Shown here: positions 23,286-36,937 of the stretch, piece after piece | Layout of the letters: each line of letters starts with the position of its first letter | Numbering within the stretch: position 1 is the stretch's first letter | Source of the DNA: Antechinus flavipes | Lineage: Eukaryota | Reading direction: 5' to 3' | Assembly: GCF_016432865.1 (NCBI RefSeq) | Contig: NC_067401.1 | Span: 137,144,001-137,208,000 of the forward strand | DNA: 64,000 nt | Program-made: the position numbers and the translations under genes | The notes under the pieces: generated by a model | Told to the model about the DNA's origin: nothing | Databases searched by the model: none | What the model saw: the letters and a program-made list of their open reading frames with translations, nothing else

Positions 23286-25553
23286 TTTCTCTTCCTCTTA
23301 CCCCATTTCTCACTTCTACTTCTATCAAAACATATACCTCTTCCAGCACTATTTTCAGGAAAAGATCACTATTCTTGCTCTTCCTCTACTCCTGGCTACT
23401 ACCTCTTCAACTACCCCATTTCTTCCACTTCCTATCTCTCCTTGATTCCTGCTGTGGTCTTTCCAAACGCGCCTCCACTCAGTTTTTCTTACTCTACTTC
23501 ACTAGCTGTTTGTTTTATTTCTTTTCCACAAATAGCGCCCCCTCTTCCTCCAAGTCTACATCTTCCCCTACCCTTTACATAATCTCTTCAGCTAGACAAT
23601 TCTCAGCTCCAGTTTCACGAAGAGCATAAACTTTTGACCCTCCAACTTCGTGACCTTTTCAGAAATAACGCCAACTTAACAAGAACCCCAAGGTCGAATT
23701 CTCCTCTGCCTACCCCACAAACCCAAATCGAATATTTTTCTCTCCATCCCCTTCTAATCACTTGACTCTGATTCCCAAATATTGATAGGGGAAGAATTCA
23801 TGACTTAAATTTTCCTTATGAGATTTATTGATTTCCTGAAGACAATAACTGATATTCCTGCCTATTGCATCAAATCTCTGGTTGTGATGATAGAAAGGTT
23901 ATGATATTGCTACTTTCACCTAGTGTATCTCTCCCACCTATATTCTCTCCTGAACACTGTCAAATTGCTTCCTAAGAGAGATTTGGGAGATTTACATTTT
24001 TATTTTATTTCACTGAGAATTCATAAAGCACCAAGGTGATTTCGGAATTTACTTCTTTGGAGGATGAAGAGTGGCAAGAGACACTATTGGAAGTGGAAGG
24101 GTGCTAATTTCTTCTGGAATTATGGCTAGGGGTGGGAGATATACTAGGAAAGAGTTCTGAAATTCTTGCCTGGGTTGTAAAGACAAGAAAACAGGAGAGA
24201 GAAACAGGAGGCAGCATTTTGTGGGCCCTTAATGCAGCCTCTAATTCTGCCTGGCTGTGAACTTGGTCTGAGGCGGACTCTACTGGTAGCTCCAGGATGT
24301 TACAGCTTCTGCTTCGGGTAAAAATCTCTACTCAGATCAACAGTATTAGGAAATCACAGCTTTCGATTCTTTTTCTCCTCAAATAACATCTTGCTATCGA
24401 TCTTTCCACACCCCTCTTCCTCCTTTCAGAGAAAGGAAAATAAAATTTCCTTCTTTTCCTTCTGGGTTCCTAGAGATCATCACCCTAACTCGGCCCCTTT
24501 ATCCCAGATTTGAACTGTTCTAAAGGAGAGGTCCTAGGAAGACCTAAATAACGGAGACTGAGTTTTTGCTCCTCACTAGGAAAAAAGAAAAGGGAAGAGG
24601 TACACATACTCAACAGGCTCTTTTTTCGCTTTTCTTCCAAAATAAATCTTCTAACAACTGCTTCTTCCCTTCTCAACTAGTTCTCTTCCAAGGAGCCATT
24701 TTCTTCCGTGGGGGTAAATTGGCTTCAGGAAAATAAGGTCCATTCCCTACAAGCAAGGATCTCTTTGCTTCCTAGCCCATAAATACAAAGCTCAGAACAC
24801 CAGGAGACGATTTGAAGAAGAACGCGAGGGAATGCTCCTTTTCCTCCTCTAGAGTTTGAGGCCCAAAAGGTACAAAAGCTTCTGACTCCCCAGTCAGACC
24901 TGGCCAGTCTAGGCGGAGCGGTGTTAGAAAGGACTTCGGGGTGGAGGGGGAAACCATGCCCATTCAGAAGGATTAGAATGTATAGATAATTGGGGAGTAT
25001 TAGCAGTTCAAAGTACTTTCTTTCCACCTCTACTTTGTTGTTTCTTAGAAGAAGAACCTAAAAACACGAGTTCTTAAGAAAGGAATTTAAGGAAAACGAT
25101 AGAATTTACTTCAAAGATAGAAAACCTATGAAGGAAGGAGAAAAGGTGGAAGAGGGAAGAGAAAGCGAAGAAGACAAAATGAAAGAAGGGGGGAGTAATC
25201 AACAAATTGCAACGGAAATTTTAGATCTTTTTCCAAAATCAACTGGACGCTCACATACGTCCCTCTTTAAGACGGGGAAACCTCCCCCCCCCCAAACCGG
25301 CTCTGATCGAGATCTGGCTCCTATCTTCATCATACAATCACAGAGAATGGGGGGAAGGGGACGAAATCACACCCCCAGGGGGAAAAAAGCCCTGCCCCCT
25401 CTCCCTACTCCATACCCACCGGCCTCTGCACCAGGCTAGGAGGTTGCGCCGGCGCTGACCCCGCAGCCAGGGCTAAAGCGAGTGGCTACGGCTAATGTAT
25501 TCAGAGAGCTAGGCTTGGAGCCCCACGTAGCCAGCTTCTCCTGCCCCGTCTGC

Positions 25554-25570
25554 TGACCTCCGAGTGATCC
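25554..25570 (-). promoter_or_regulatory. DR5 RARE of the distal element (DE-RARE, between HOXB4 and HOXB5)
   Basis: Minus strand GGATCA-ctcgg-AGGTCA has the GGATCA/AGGTCA half-sites of the Hoxb5 DE-RARE and is followed by an AT-rich homeodomain/YY1 block. Confidence 0.85.
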
Positions 25571-28500
25571 CGGACTCTATGAATTATTGATGAGATATGA
25601 GCGTTGATTTCCCCTTTCAGGATGCAAACTCCATTATAGTGTTAAAATGGCGATTTAATCGTTCAGAATAGCTTTGGTGTGTTTTTTTTCCAACTCATTT
25701 GTGTCTCCTTCCTTTTCATTTAATTCTCTTAATTAAATCCTTTAACAGATTTTAATCACTTTTGGAGGGAGGGCTATTAAAAAAAAAAAAAAGAGCAACA
25801 CCCAATAGCTATCAAACCTGTGTTTTACCTTCAGGAAGTTTGTGGTTTCAGGGAAAACGTGTCTGTGAGCCGAGAGACAGTGGTATAGTGCCCACAGAAA
25901 TGGGAGAGAAAATGAGTTTTTCGTGGAGACACACCCCAAAAGGAAAGACTATTCTGTCTGATAGAAAGACTACTGATTCCTTCCTTTTTGAGCTAAAGGA
26001 GATGACAATTTAAGAGGAGCCTGTGGGAAGGAAGAGAGATTGGACAGAGGAAATGGAATTTAATTCAGCACTGAAATGCATATGTGGAGGGAACATTCAG
26101 GAAGACTCAGAGTTTTAGGATGAGTTAGCTCCATTATTTCCGGACCTGATTTAGTGTCTCTAAATTTGTGGGGGTATTAGGAAAGGCTAATTCCCTTTGG
26201 GGTGCTGGAATTCTCACCCTAAACCCCTCCAGTTCCAGGCTCTTATCTGGCTTAATTAATATAAATGTGTAACAGCGCTTCACCAATCGATGAACACCTC
26301 AATAGAAAGATTCCTAGGGCCTAGAAATCTGATTATACCAAGGAAGAAGAGGGAAGGGAAAATTCTATCCAAAGAGTCCAAGTAGTTCTCTGATCTCTGT
26401 CTCCCATCTTTTGTTTACTAGACTGCAGCCAGCAAACTCAGCCTTCCCAAGGAAGGTCAGTTTATTCATGTCAGGTCCAGGGCTCATTCTTTCAGTTCCT
26501 CTACCTCCTTCCTCCCACAGCAAGAAAGAGTTTTAGCTGGGTAGAGGTAAGGCTGGACCACATAGTCTCCCTTATTTTGAATTTATTCCCCTCCTGGAAT
26601 CTCCAGCTTCCTTCCTCAGATAAAAATTCAGACCCAAAGGGAACAAGGAAGAAGGAGATGTGTGGAGGAAATGGAAGGAAAGAGTGTTTCTATGGGAGTC
26701 ATACTATGTTCCCCAACTCTTTGCCAATAAATAACCCTTTTCAGGAACAACTTGAAGGTCTCTACTGTGTGCTTCAGCTACTGAAACGTTTTTGTCTGTT
26801 TTCTATTAAGGAGAGGAAACAATAAAATACAGGCATATCCAAACTCTGTTCAGGAGTTCTCTTTCCTGTTTACACTTCTTACTTCCCCACCTATGCCAAT
26901 GGGAAGGAAATAAAATAAAATAAAATAAAAATAACAAAATTGGAACCGCTGAAGGCTGAGTGTTAGGATGAACTCAAAGGGGAAATGAAACTTTAGTATC
27001 TGATTTGCTTCCTTTTTTATTCCTTCTCATCTAGGAAAGATGATGAATCCTGATCCCTGTAATGAAGTCACTTGAAAGAAGAGTTAGACTCTCCACTGCA
27101 CAATGTAAGCAAAATAGTTCTAGGCCTGGACCAAGGAAAGAGCCCAATCTAAAGAAGAGATGAAAAGGAAATTGCAAAAAGGAAGGGAAACCAGGAAAAC
27201 TCTAAAAGAGGTCAAGATAACAATCTATTAGGACAATTTGAGGGAGTCAGAGGAGAGCACCTGGTTTGGAGTGGGGTCAATTGAAGTGAAGAGCTCTTAA
27301 CTTAAAAACCTCCCTCTCTTAAAACACATCCTAATTATGGTGAGGGAAACAAAGAAGAGGCTTACTACATAATGTAGGATTAAGAATGGAAGGAAAGAAA
27401 AGGAGAAAGAATGAAAGAAATAGCTATAAAAGAACTTTAGATGAATCTTCTGAGAGATTGAAAGGAGAGTATGACATTATTGGTCTCTATCTGGACTTTA
27501 CAGGAGGAAGTAGGTACTAGGCTACTCTTGACCATTCCGGGAAATCTGTCCTGATATCTCCAGCAGATGTCCCTGGGATGCCCTGCTCAACAGCTCTTTA
27601 TCAGAGTTTGCAGAACTTATGCTTGAGAGAAAAAATTGTCTCCACTGCTGGCCTCAGGCTCTCTGTCTTGTGGCTCATGAGAAACCTCTGGCAGGGATGG
27701 ATAATAGGGAGTATTATAGAGAGGGTATGTTTTCAGGGGCAGTATTGGGGGTGGGGTGGACACAAGAAATCAGTATTCTTCTAAGAATCTCAATCAGCTA
27801 GATTGGGGGGGAGTGTTCATTTCCATTTCTCTAGATTTCTCCCCCAAATGTTCTAAAATTCTTGATGGGGAAGAAAGGTATCTTAAAAAAAAAAAAGGCA
27901 GATCTTCAGGAGGGGGCAAACTATTTGGGATTTAAATAGTAGTGGGGAAAAAAGTCATAATGGAAGTAAGAGACAGGGTTAATTATTTTAAAATATAATC
28001 GTCTATGATTTCACTTTTCCTATTAGCACAGAGACCAGTGTGTTTGGGGTGAGATTTTTTTTTGAAGTGAGAGATAAGAATCTGGACTATAACTACCTCA
28101 AAATCTATTCCTGTCCTACCTTCCATTTTACCTTTTACCATACAAAAGTTTAAGAACATCTCATTTGTGGAAACCAAGGAGGGAATAAAAGAGAGCTGGG
28201 AGAAAGGTGAGAAAAAAGATTATTAGACCTGCTTCCCTGTCCAAGGAGTTTGAGTATCTCAGAAAACTGAGCTATCTAGATCCCCTAAATCCCTCCATCA
28301 GTAAAAAGAAGTCAGAGTGATTGAAACTTGAAGTAACAGTACAATGATGGTGTGAGGAGTAGGTGGGTGGTGGGGTGGGGCAGGAACGGGAGAACTGAGG
28401 GAAAGGGCTCAGGCCGAGCGGAGGCCTTCCAGGTAAAGAAAATTGTCCTTTGGAATGTGACAGAATGAGAAATCAAAATCTCAGAGATTTTATATTCTCC

Positions 28501-30222
28501 CACTCTCTTGCAGAAAAATAAAAGAACCTTTTGGGTGAAGGAAGTTAGAAAAGAAAGGAATGAAGAAAAGAAAAACATTTCACCTGATTTTCTCTTCTTA
28601 ACTATCTGTCTTTTTACTTTCTGGAAAACTCATATTCACTTTCCTTGAAGAACTTTCAGGGAATTTGTTCCATTTTCTCTCAGGTTTCCAATTTAAAACG
28701 TAGCCACCTATTCCTACTTAGCACTCGGACATAAGACGATTGGACAGGTTCTCCCCGAACGGAAAGGTTTTCCTCCTTCCCTCACATTTCCCGCTTCCCC
28801 AGCCCCACTGGGCCTGAGGACCAGAGGGGTTCGTTCAGAATCAGAAAGTCTGTGCTTCCAAGCCTGAAAAGTCACTGCGAGTGACCCTGAGGAACAGAAG
28901 TAGAGCTGGGCAGGAGTAAATAGGTTGAAGCAATAGAATTCTAAGGCCGAAAGTTGAACCACACGAAACCAATCTCTAATAGAGCCCAGGGCCAAGTTGC
29001 TGCGGAACTTTAAAATTGAGCATTTTCTCCCATTCATCTAGGTTAAGCATGGTGGAAATAACTTTCCTCTTCCCATGCTCTTAGGCCGACGAACTACACA
29101 AATTTCTTTACTTTGAGGAAGAGGACTGACCCTAAATTTCTAGCACATAAATTTGCTATAATCCCTAGCCTAGAGTTTTCCACCGTCAATCTCATTCGAA
29201 CTTGCTCCCCAAGTTTGCGGGAACTTTGCTGTTTCTGTCCCTGCCTAAAAGCTAGCCGAGTATTTCAGTCTCAAAGTTGACGTGGCCAGGGAAAAGCTCC
29301 CCCCAACCGATCGAAAGACACTCCCCCAAACAAACAATTGACAACGCCCCAGATTTTGGACCTTCACAGAGGCCCCCCCCTCCCTTCTCTGGCTCGCCTA
29401 CCAGTTAGGAGTGGGGGCAGAACAAGGCCAAACTGCCCCGCAATAACACTCAACAGCCGTGAAAGCTACCCTTCCCCCACCCTCTTCTCATCCAACCCCC
29501 AAGCCCCAGTTGCCCTAAAACACCAGGGAGAGAGGGAAAGGAACTGGACTTACTTTGGCGAACGTTGGGCCTCGGGCCTCCCTCTGCTGCCGCCGCCGCT
29601 GCTGCTGAGGCCGGGCCCTCAGCTCCTCTCAGCTGGGAGAGAGCTCACCTACCTCTGCCCCCTTCCCCGCCACTGCGAGCAGTTAAAGTGTCACTTACAT
29701 TCTCGAGAATNNNNNNNNNNNNNNNNNNNNNNNNNNNNNNNNNNNNNNNNNNNNNNNNNNNNNNNNNNNNNNNNNNNNNNNNNNNNNNNNNNNNNNNNNN
29801 NNNNNNNNNNNNNNNNNNNNNNNNNNNNNNNNNNNNNNNNNNNNNNNNNNNNNNNNNNNNNNNNNNNNNNNNNNNNNNNNNNNNNNNNNNNNNNNNNNNN
29901 NNNNNNGGAAAAAAAAATAAAGGGGGGGAGGGAAAAGGGGGGCGAACAGACGCTCCTGGACTCTCGACCGGTCGCCTCCCTAGCTCTCCCTCCCCCCTCC
30001 TCCCAAGTCCTGTAAGAAGTTTGGCTAAGAAGGGAGAGATTGAGCTGGGTAAGTGATCTGACTCGACTTTACTTGCGGCGGGAGGAGGCTGTCGTTTGGA
30101 AGCTTGAGACAGCACTGGCTCTGGGCCAGCCAAGGCTGTGGCAGGGTATGGGAGGGATAAGAGGGGTACCCCTACTCATCAGGAGTGAGGGTGTTATGTA
30201 AGGTACCTTAGTGGGGAGAGGA

Positions 30223-30225
<3 letters not shown>

Positions 30226-30280
<55 letters not shown>
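30226..30280. repeat. (GA)n microsatellite
   Basis: Uninterrupted GA run. Confidence 0.97.
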
Positions 30281-30283
<3 letters not shown>

Positions 30284-30843
30284 AGGATAAGGGTAGGAGA
30301 GATGGGAACAACGAAGAGATCACCATTTAAACCTAATCTAATTTCATTTGGTGGATGGCAAATGATCATGGGATTTGGGGATTAATATTACACCACATTT
30401 TGTTACCCCTTTTCCCAAGTCAATCCCCAAAAGGAGCAGGGCTTCAAGTCAGAAGATTTAGGCCTAAATTGAGTTTCCTGAGGATATTCAAAGAGGACTT
30501 TTTGGAGATAAGTTAGTGAAAGAATCCAAGAGGGATACCCCTGACCCTCATTCTTGCTAGTATATTGGGTTTGTCTTTTGGGTGCCTTTCAATAGTCAAG
30601 CAGGGAATACATCTGTCTTTCAGCCTTCAGAGAGGGAAGAGATTGGTACTGAGCATGAATAAGTGGGGGACAGTGGTTGGGGCTGAGGAAAGGGACAGAA
30701 GGGAAAAAACCCTTCTCACACCAAACCAGAGAAAGAGTATTTGGGGACCATTTTGGTGGGTTTTGGTTTTTATTTTTCTGGAGCCAAAAAGAGAGGCCCA
30801 GACAAGAAAAGACAAGGATGAGGGAGGTGGAGTAGGAGAGACA

Positions 30844-30849
30844 TTTATT
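30844..30849 (-). terminator. Probable HOXB5 poly(A) signal AATAAA
   Basis: TTTATT on plus about 1.0 kb past the stop, with pyrimidine/GU-rich sequence downstream on the sense strand. Confidence 0.5.
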
Positions 30850-31861
30850 CGACTTCAAGAAAAGCTACAAACAAATACAAAAAGCTTATCACTGAGACGG
30901 TCCGGCAAAGACAGATTTCACACAGAACACAGCATCCACTCGCCTGACTACAAATGGTTTTGGGGGCAGAAGGATTGGAGAGAGGGTGCACCCGAACCTA
31001 AATATTCCAATATTTACACACTCTGGAGTCTTAAAGATCGGCCTAATACACACCTAGATTTTCCATTTGATCAGACTTCTTCCCCTCCCTTATTTATTTA
31101 TTTATTTATTTATTTTTGTCTCCTCTCAAAGTCGTAGGCCCGGGTTTTTTCTGCTGAGACTGAGACTTGCACCTTAATATCCATCTTCTCACCAATCCTA
31201 GGCCTATCCCTCTGTCTCTGTCCTACCCAGGATTTGGCAGAGAGTGAGATCCAGGCCTGGAAAGGGGAGGAGGAAGGGAGAGAATCAAGAAATATATATA
31301 TATTTCCCCCCCCCTAAATTGGCAGTTAATCTAAGATTATTTTCCTCTGATCCCCATTGAACGTCTCTCTCCCATCCCAGGCCCCCACTTAGACCCAACT
31401 GCAGTTCAAGTACAGAGATTTCAAGTTATAAACGCAAATGCATCCATCCTCCTTTTATAAATAAGTTAGAACACAGAAGGGGGAGGGGTATTCACATTTA
31501 AACATGCGAGTTTCTTTCCTTTTTGGGGGGGAGAAGCAATCACGGACACGAACATTCAGAAACACTGATAGGGTAGAGGAGGGCGTGGGTGGGAAATAAT
31601 AATAATTATTAATTATAATAACAATAATAACCAGTCCAAGGAGCTTGTGGAAAGATAAGGAAGGGACAGGAGGACCTAAAACCGAACGAAAAATCTCAAG
31701 CCATAGCAACGCTGTGGCGCGTTCGCTTCTACCGCGTTAGGAATCGGTTCTAAATCCACAGAGAGCGACAGAAAAGGAAGAGGCCGGCGCCTGGAGACTG
31801 ACTGTGTGTGGAGGGATTAGGAGGTGGGGGTATTGGCTGTGGGTTTGGGCTCCTCCAGAAT

Positions 31862-32497
<636 letters not shown>

Positions 32498-32855
32498 TCA
32501 CCGGGCAACAATTCACCTAATATTGGAGGGGGGGAACGGTATGAGATGATTTCATAGGCAGCATCACCCCCACTCCTCTACACCAAGAAAATATGGCCAG
32601 AAGAAAAGAGGAACCCAACCTATAAAAATAATTTTAAAAATACACTCTTCCCCATGAGAACCTCGTCTGATTCTCTCCCCCAGGCTACAGGGATGCCCTC
32701 GAATCCTTACTCCTTTTAAAATATATTTAAAACATATACCTATATGGATATATATTAAATCAATATTATCTCATCTTCCTTCAAACGTAAGAGCCAGACA
32801 ACAAACAAGATTTTCTTCCCACCCCTCAAGGAAAAACAAAAAAGCGAAAATATAC

Positions 32856-33411
32856 CGTGGCTAATGTGCAGCTTCCTCATCCAGGGAAAGATTTGTGGAG
32901 TCTGTCCCTCCGTTGTCGCTGTGGAGGTCGCGATGGGTTCTGTCTGGGCTCGGCTTAAACTGCTGTTATTTAACTGGTTTGCTTCTTCGGGCTCCGAGGA
33001 CGCGCTGGTCTCGTCTATTTCTGTAAAATTGGTGTTGGAACTGGCAGAGGTCGCCTGGTCAGAGGGGGACGAGGCAGAGGGCTTGCCTCCGTGGTTGTCG
33101 CTGTTGGAGCAGGGCAGGGACTCAGGAGAGGACAGGGAGCAGCTTGAAGCCTGCCTGAACCGGGACTCCTGGCCCGGCGAGGGGAAGGCACGCGAGGTCT
33201 CCCCCACCGCCCCAAAGTGGCTGGAGGAGGCTGAGGAGCGGTTGATGCTGAGATCCATCCCATTGTAATTGTAGCCGTAAGAGCTGGTATGCATGGTAGC
33301 AGAATCCCTGTAAGAACCGTTCAAAGAGCTGCTACTGCCATAATTTAGCAACTGATAGTCCGGGCCATTTGGATAGCGCCCCGAGAACGAGTTTACAAAG
33401 TAAGANNNNNN
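32856..33411 (-). CDS. HOXB5: HOXB5 exon 1; first two codons inferred in gap
   Basis: Visible [24 protein letters not shown]...[16 protein letters not shown]; donor G|GTATA at 32856/32855. The ATG is inferred at 33409-33411. Confidence 0.96.
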
Positions 33412-33790
33412 NNNNNNNNNNNNNNNNNNNNNNNNNNNNNNNNNNNNNNNNNNNNNNNNNNNNNNNNNNNNNNNNNNNNNNNNNNNNNNNNNNNNNNNNN
33501 NNNNNNNNNNNNNNNNNNNNNNNNNNNNNNNNNNNNNNNNNNNNNNNNNNNNNNNNNNNNNGGNNNNNNNNNNNNNNNNNNNNNNNNNNNNNNNNNNNNN
33601 NNNNNNNNNNNNNNNNNNNNNNNNNNNNNNNNNNNNNNNNNNNNNNNNNNNNNNNNNNNNNNNNNNNNNNNNNNNNNNNNNNNNNNNNNNNNNNNNNNNN
33701 NNNNNNNNNNNNNNNNNNNNNNNNNNNNNNNNNNNNNNNNNNNNNNNNNNNNNNNNNNNNAGAAGGTTCGAGGCAGCCTCTTAGCATAGC

Positions 33791-33822
33791 GCGCCACCTC
33801 CCGGCGATAGTCGGAAGTGCAG
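33791..33822 (-). promoter_or_regulatory. CTCF motif with upstream module, between HOXB5 and HOXB6
   Basis: Minus strand CTGCACTTCC-gacta-TCGCCGGGAGGTGGCGC: a core plus a ZF9-11-type upstream motif at 5-nt spacing. Confidence 0.7.
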
Positions 33823-36026
33823 TCAGCGGCAGCGATGGCGGCTGCCTTCCTCCCTTGAGGAAAGAGGAAAAGGGACTGAGAAAAAGAGCAAAGATGGGGA
33901 AATACAATCATTTGAGAATGGTGTTGAGTTGACCCTTCCTACAGGAGGGCATTACTTCATCTTATGTTATCTACCCCTTTTAAAATATGTGAAGCTCAAA
34001 ATGCTAACTCATTCTTTTCTCTTACTCCCCTAACTCCCGTGCTTTTTCCCAGTGGGGGAAGGGGAAATGTGCGTGAAATAACTATTTCAACCGATTTTCC
34101 GTAAGACTCCAAGAGTGGGAAAACACAGACTTGGTCTTGGTTCGAAATCTCTTAAGTAGTAGCGTAGACATGGAAAATGATTTGGAGTCTATAGAAGGAA
34201 TTTTCAGAAGAGCAAGAAAGCCCTTTTACTTTCCAGGAAAATCTGGGACTTGACTCTTGTCCTCTATTCTTACCCGAAACTCCAATCCTGTCCAGGGGAA
34301 GGGAAAAGGTTAAATAAAGAAGCAGGTCAAGTCATTTGTGAAGGAGATGGCAGGGAGAGGTTGGAGAATAGTGATATAAGTAAATGAGAATGAATTTGGA
34401 TGGAAGAATAACGATTTCAAAATATAACTGCTGGTGGAACCTCTAGAGGGTAAATTAGAAGAGAAAAGAAGGGCTGAAGAGTCAAGCCCCTTTTTAGGCC
34501 TAAAAAGGTTCCATGATTATCTTTCCTTTCCTATCTACTCACAATCCAAGGGAGTTTGCAGAATTGAGCTTGTGGACTCCTGCAATGCTTTGTTGAATTT
34601 CCAGACAGTTTTGGAATTTTCAGAGCTTGCCTGCAAATAGTAATCACATGCCATATTGAAAGTGACACAATTATAATAATTAGGGACTCTGAAAAGAGCT
34701 CCAACGATCACAAAAATGTCCTAAAGCTGGGGCAACTCCTGCCTAGATTGAGAAAGGAAGAAAGAAAGAAAGAAAGACTGGGGGAAGAAGAGAGAGAGGA
34801 GAGTGAGGGGAGGAGAAGGAAGGAAAGAAGGAAGGGAGAGAGGAAGAGAAGGAGAAAGGGAATCATTTCCATTTTGGGGCAGGAGGAAAATGACTAAGTG
34901 TTTTGTGAGGGAGCAGAGGACAATTTTTTCTTCTCTCTTCCCTATCACCTTCCCTGTTCACCCTCTTCTCTAAGACACGGGTAGAAAACTCATACTGAAG
35001 CTCCCAGCCATCCGAGCTTCCTGTTTGCAATTCGTAGCTAAATTGACTGCTCTGACCGGGAACTCAGGAGAAAAGCGGAAACCAAATCCCCTACACCAAA
35101 CCTCAGGGCCAGGCAGGCAAGAAATCAGCCTTTCCATGTCTCCTCTGTGCCTCCTCAGACTGGGGAAGGAGAGTGGGTGGAAAGAGAACAACTCAACTCA
35201 CGAAGCTGTTTTTATTACGAGTGCCTGATCCTCTCCGCCCAGATTTCAGGGTTCTGAATCTGCCCTTGGGTTCGTAACCAAAAAAGCAAGTAAGAAGAGA
35301 GAAGACGAGGAGGGCGAATGTAGGGGATGAGGTTGGACAGTCATTGCAGAGGCCCCGAGGTTTGAAAAAGCGAAAGAGAACAGATGTTATAAAGATGTAG
35401 CCCCAGCGTTGGCGAGCCTTCCTCGAAGTCTTGGGGGAATCATCCCCCTTGCTTCTCGGATTTGTAATGTAAATGGGAGGGTTCCTTAATTCAATGGTCC
35501 GGATGGAGATAAAACAGGGGAGCAAAAAAAGAAAGGAGATAGCGGGACTTCAGGTTGGGAATTCCACCCCGAGTCCGTGATGATCTTGGAGCTGATGTGA
35601 AATGTGACCAGAAGAAAGGAGGTTCAGGGGATGGCACTGAATATAATCTGTTTCAACTGTAATTTCCGAATTCTGTCTTGCCCAGATTATCGGCCTGATA
35701 CAAGCCAAATGAGTGACCCCGCAGGAGAATCTGGGCGTTACATCGGGGTTTATTTGCAACCAGTCGGCGGCCCACTGAGACTGTCTTCAAACGGTTTGAG
35801 GGCTATTTTTCCCCGGAAAGAAAGAAGTGGGAAGGGCGGGGTGGGGATCAAAGACCGGCCGAGTTTTCACATTTTTATTATTATCATTAATATTAATAAT
35901 AATATTATTATTATGATCGCAATATTTCACGTCGGAGAGCTAAGACAAAACTACAAACACAACACATAGAAAAATTAATAAAATAGAACTTTGTTTTTCT
36001 TCTGCGGCTGCTCCTCTTCTTCCTCC

Positions 36027-36034
36027 TAGGTAGT
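36027..36034 (-). promoter_or_regulatory. miR-196 8mer seed site in the HOXB6 3'UTR
   Basis: mRNA ACTACCTA (plus TAGGTAGT), about 560 nt past the stop. Confidence 0.7.
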
Positions 36035-36595
36035 CTGTGCTCCTTCCAGTGGATTAAGGGGGTAAGGGAAGAGACGACAGGTCTGGGGGACAGGGGGAGG
36101 CCCCCCCCCAAAGACCTCCCCTCTCAAAAGGGAAACCAAATCTCTAATTCAACCGTGCATGAGACACTGTACAAAATGAAGACAAGACACGGAAAACAGC
36201 GATTTGCTTTGCTTCCGGGAAACACAATATGAGCTAGTTCCTTTCGGTCCTCAGCCGAATACACAAACTAGGAACCCCAGGTAGCTTTCGTGGGAGGGTT
36301 AGAGATGTAAGAGATGGAGAGGAAGCTGTGGAATGGGGGGGCCTATCTGTGGCTCTAGTGGCTAGCAGCTGACGGGAGAATCTTCAGGGCGGGAGTTCCA
36401 CAGGGAATGGAATTAGTCCGGCTTCTCTCTGAGGTGCTTAAGAATCTCTCAACCACCCCCTTCCTGCTCCCTCCCACGAAGGCATCTGATAACATGATGC
36501 TCATTTTCGTTTCTCCCACTTCAGCCACCTCCCCTGCCATTCCTCTTCACTTTCCTTCCCTCCCTCCCTCCCTCCGTCCCAGTCCTTCCTGGAGA

Positions 36596-36937
<342 letters not shown>

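Noticed and set aside
30565-31137. 190-aa plus-strand ORF; possible HOXB-AS3 micropeptide
   Set aside because: Non-ATG start, antisense to the HOXB5 3'UTR, and no resemblance to the reported human HOXB-AS3 peptide or any family I recognise.
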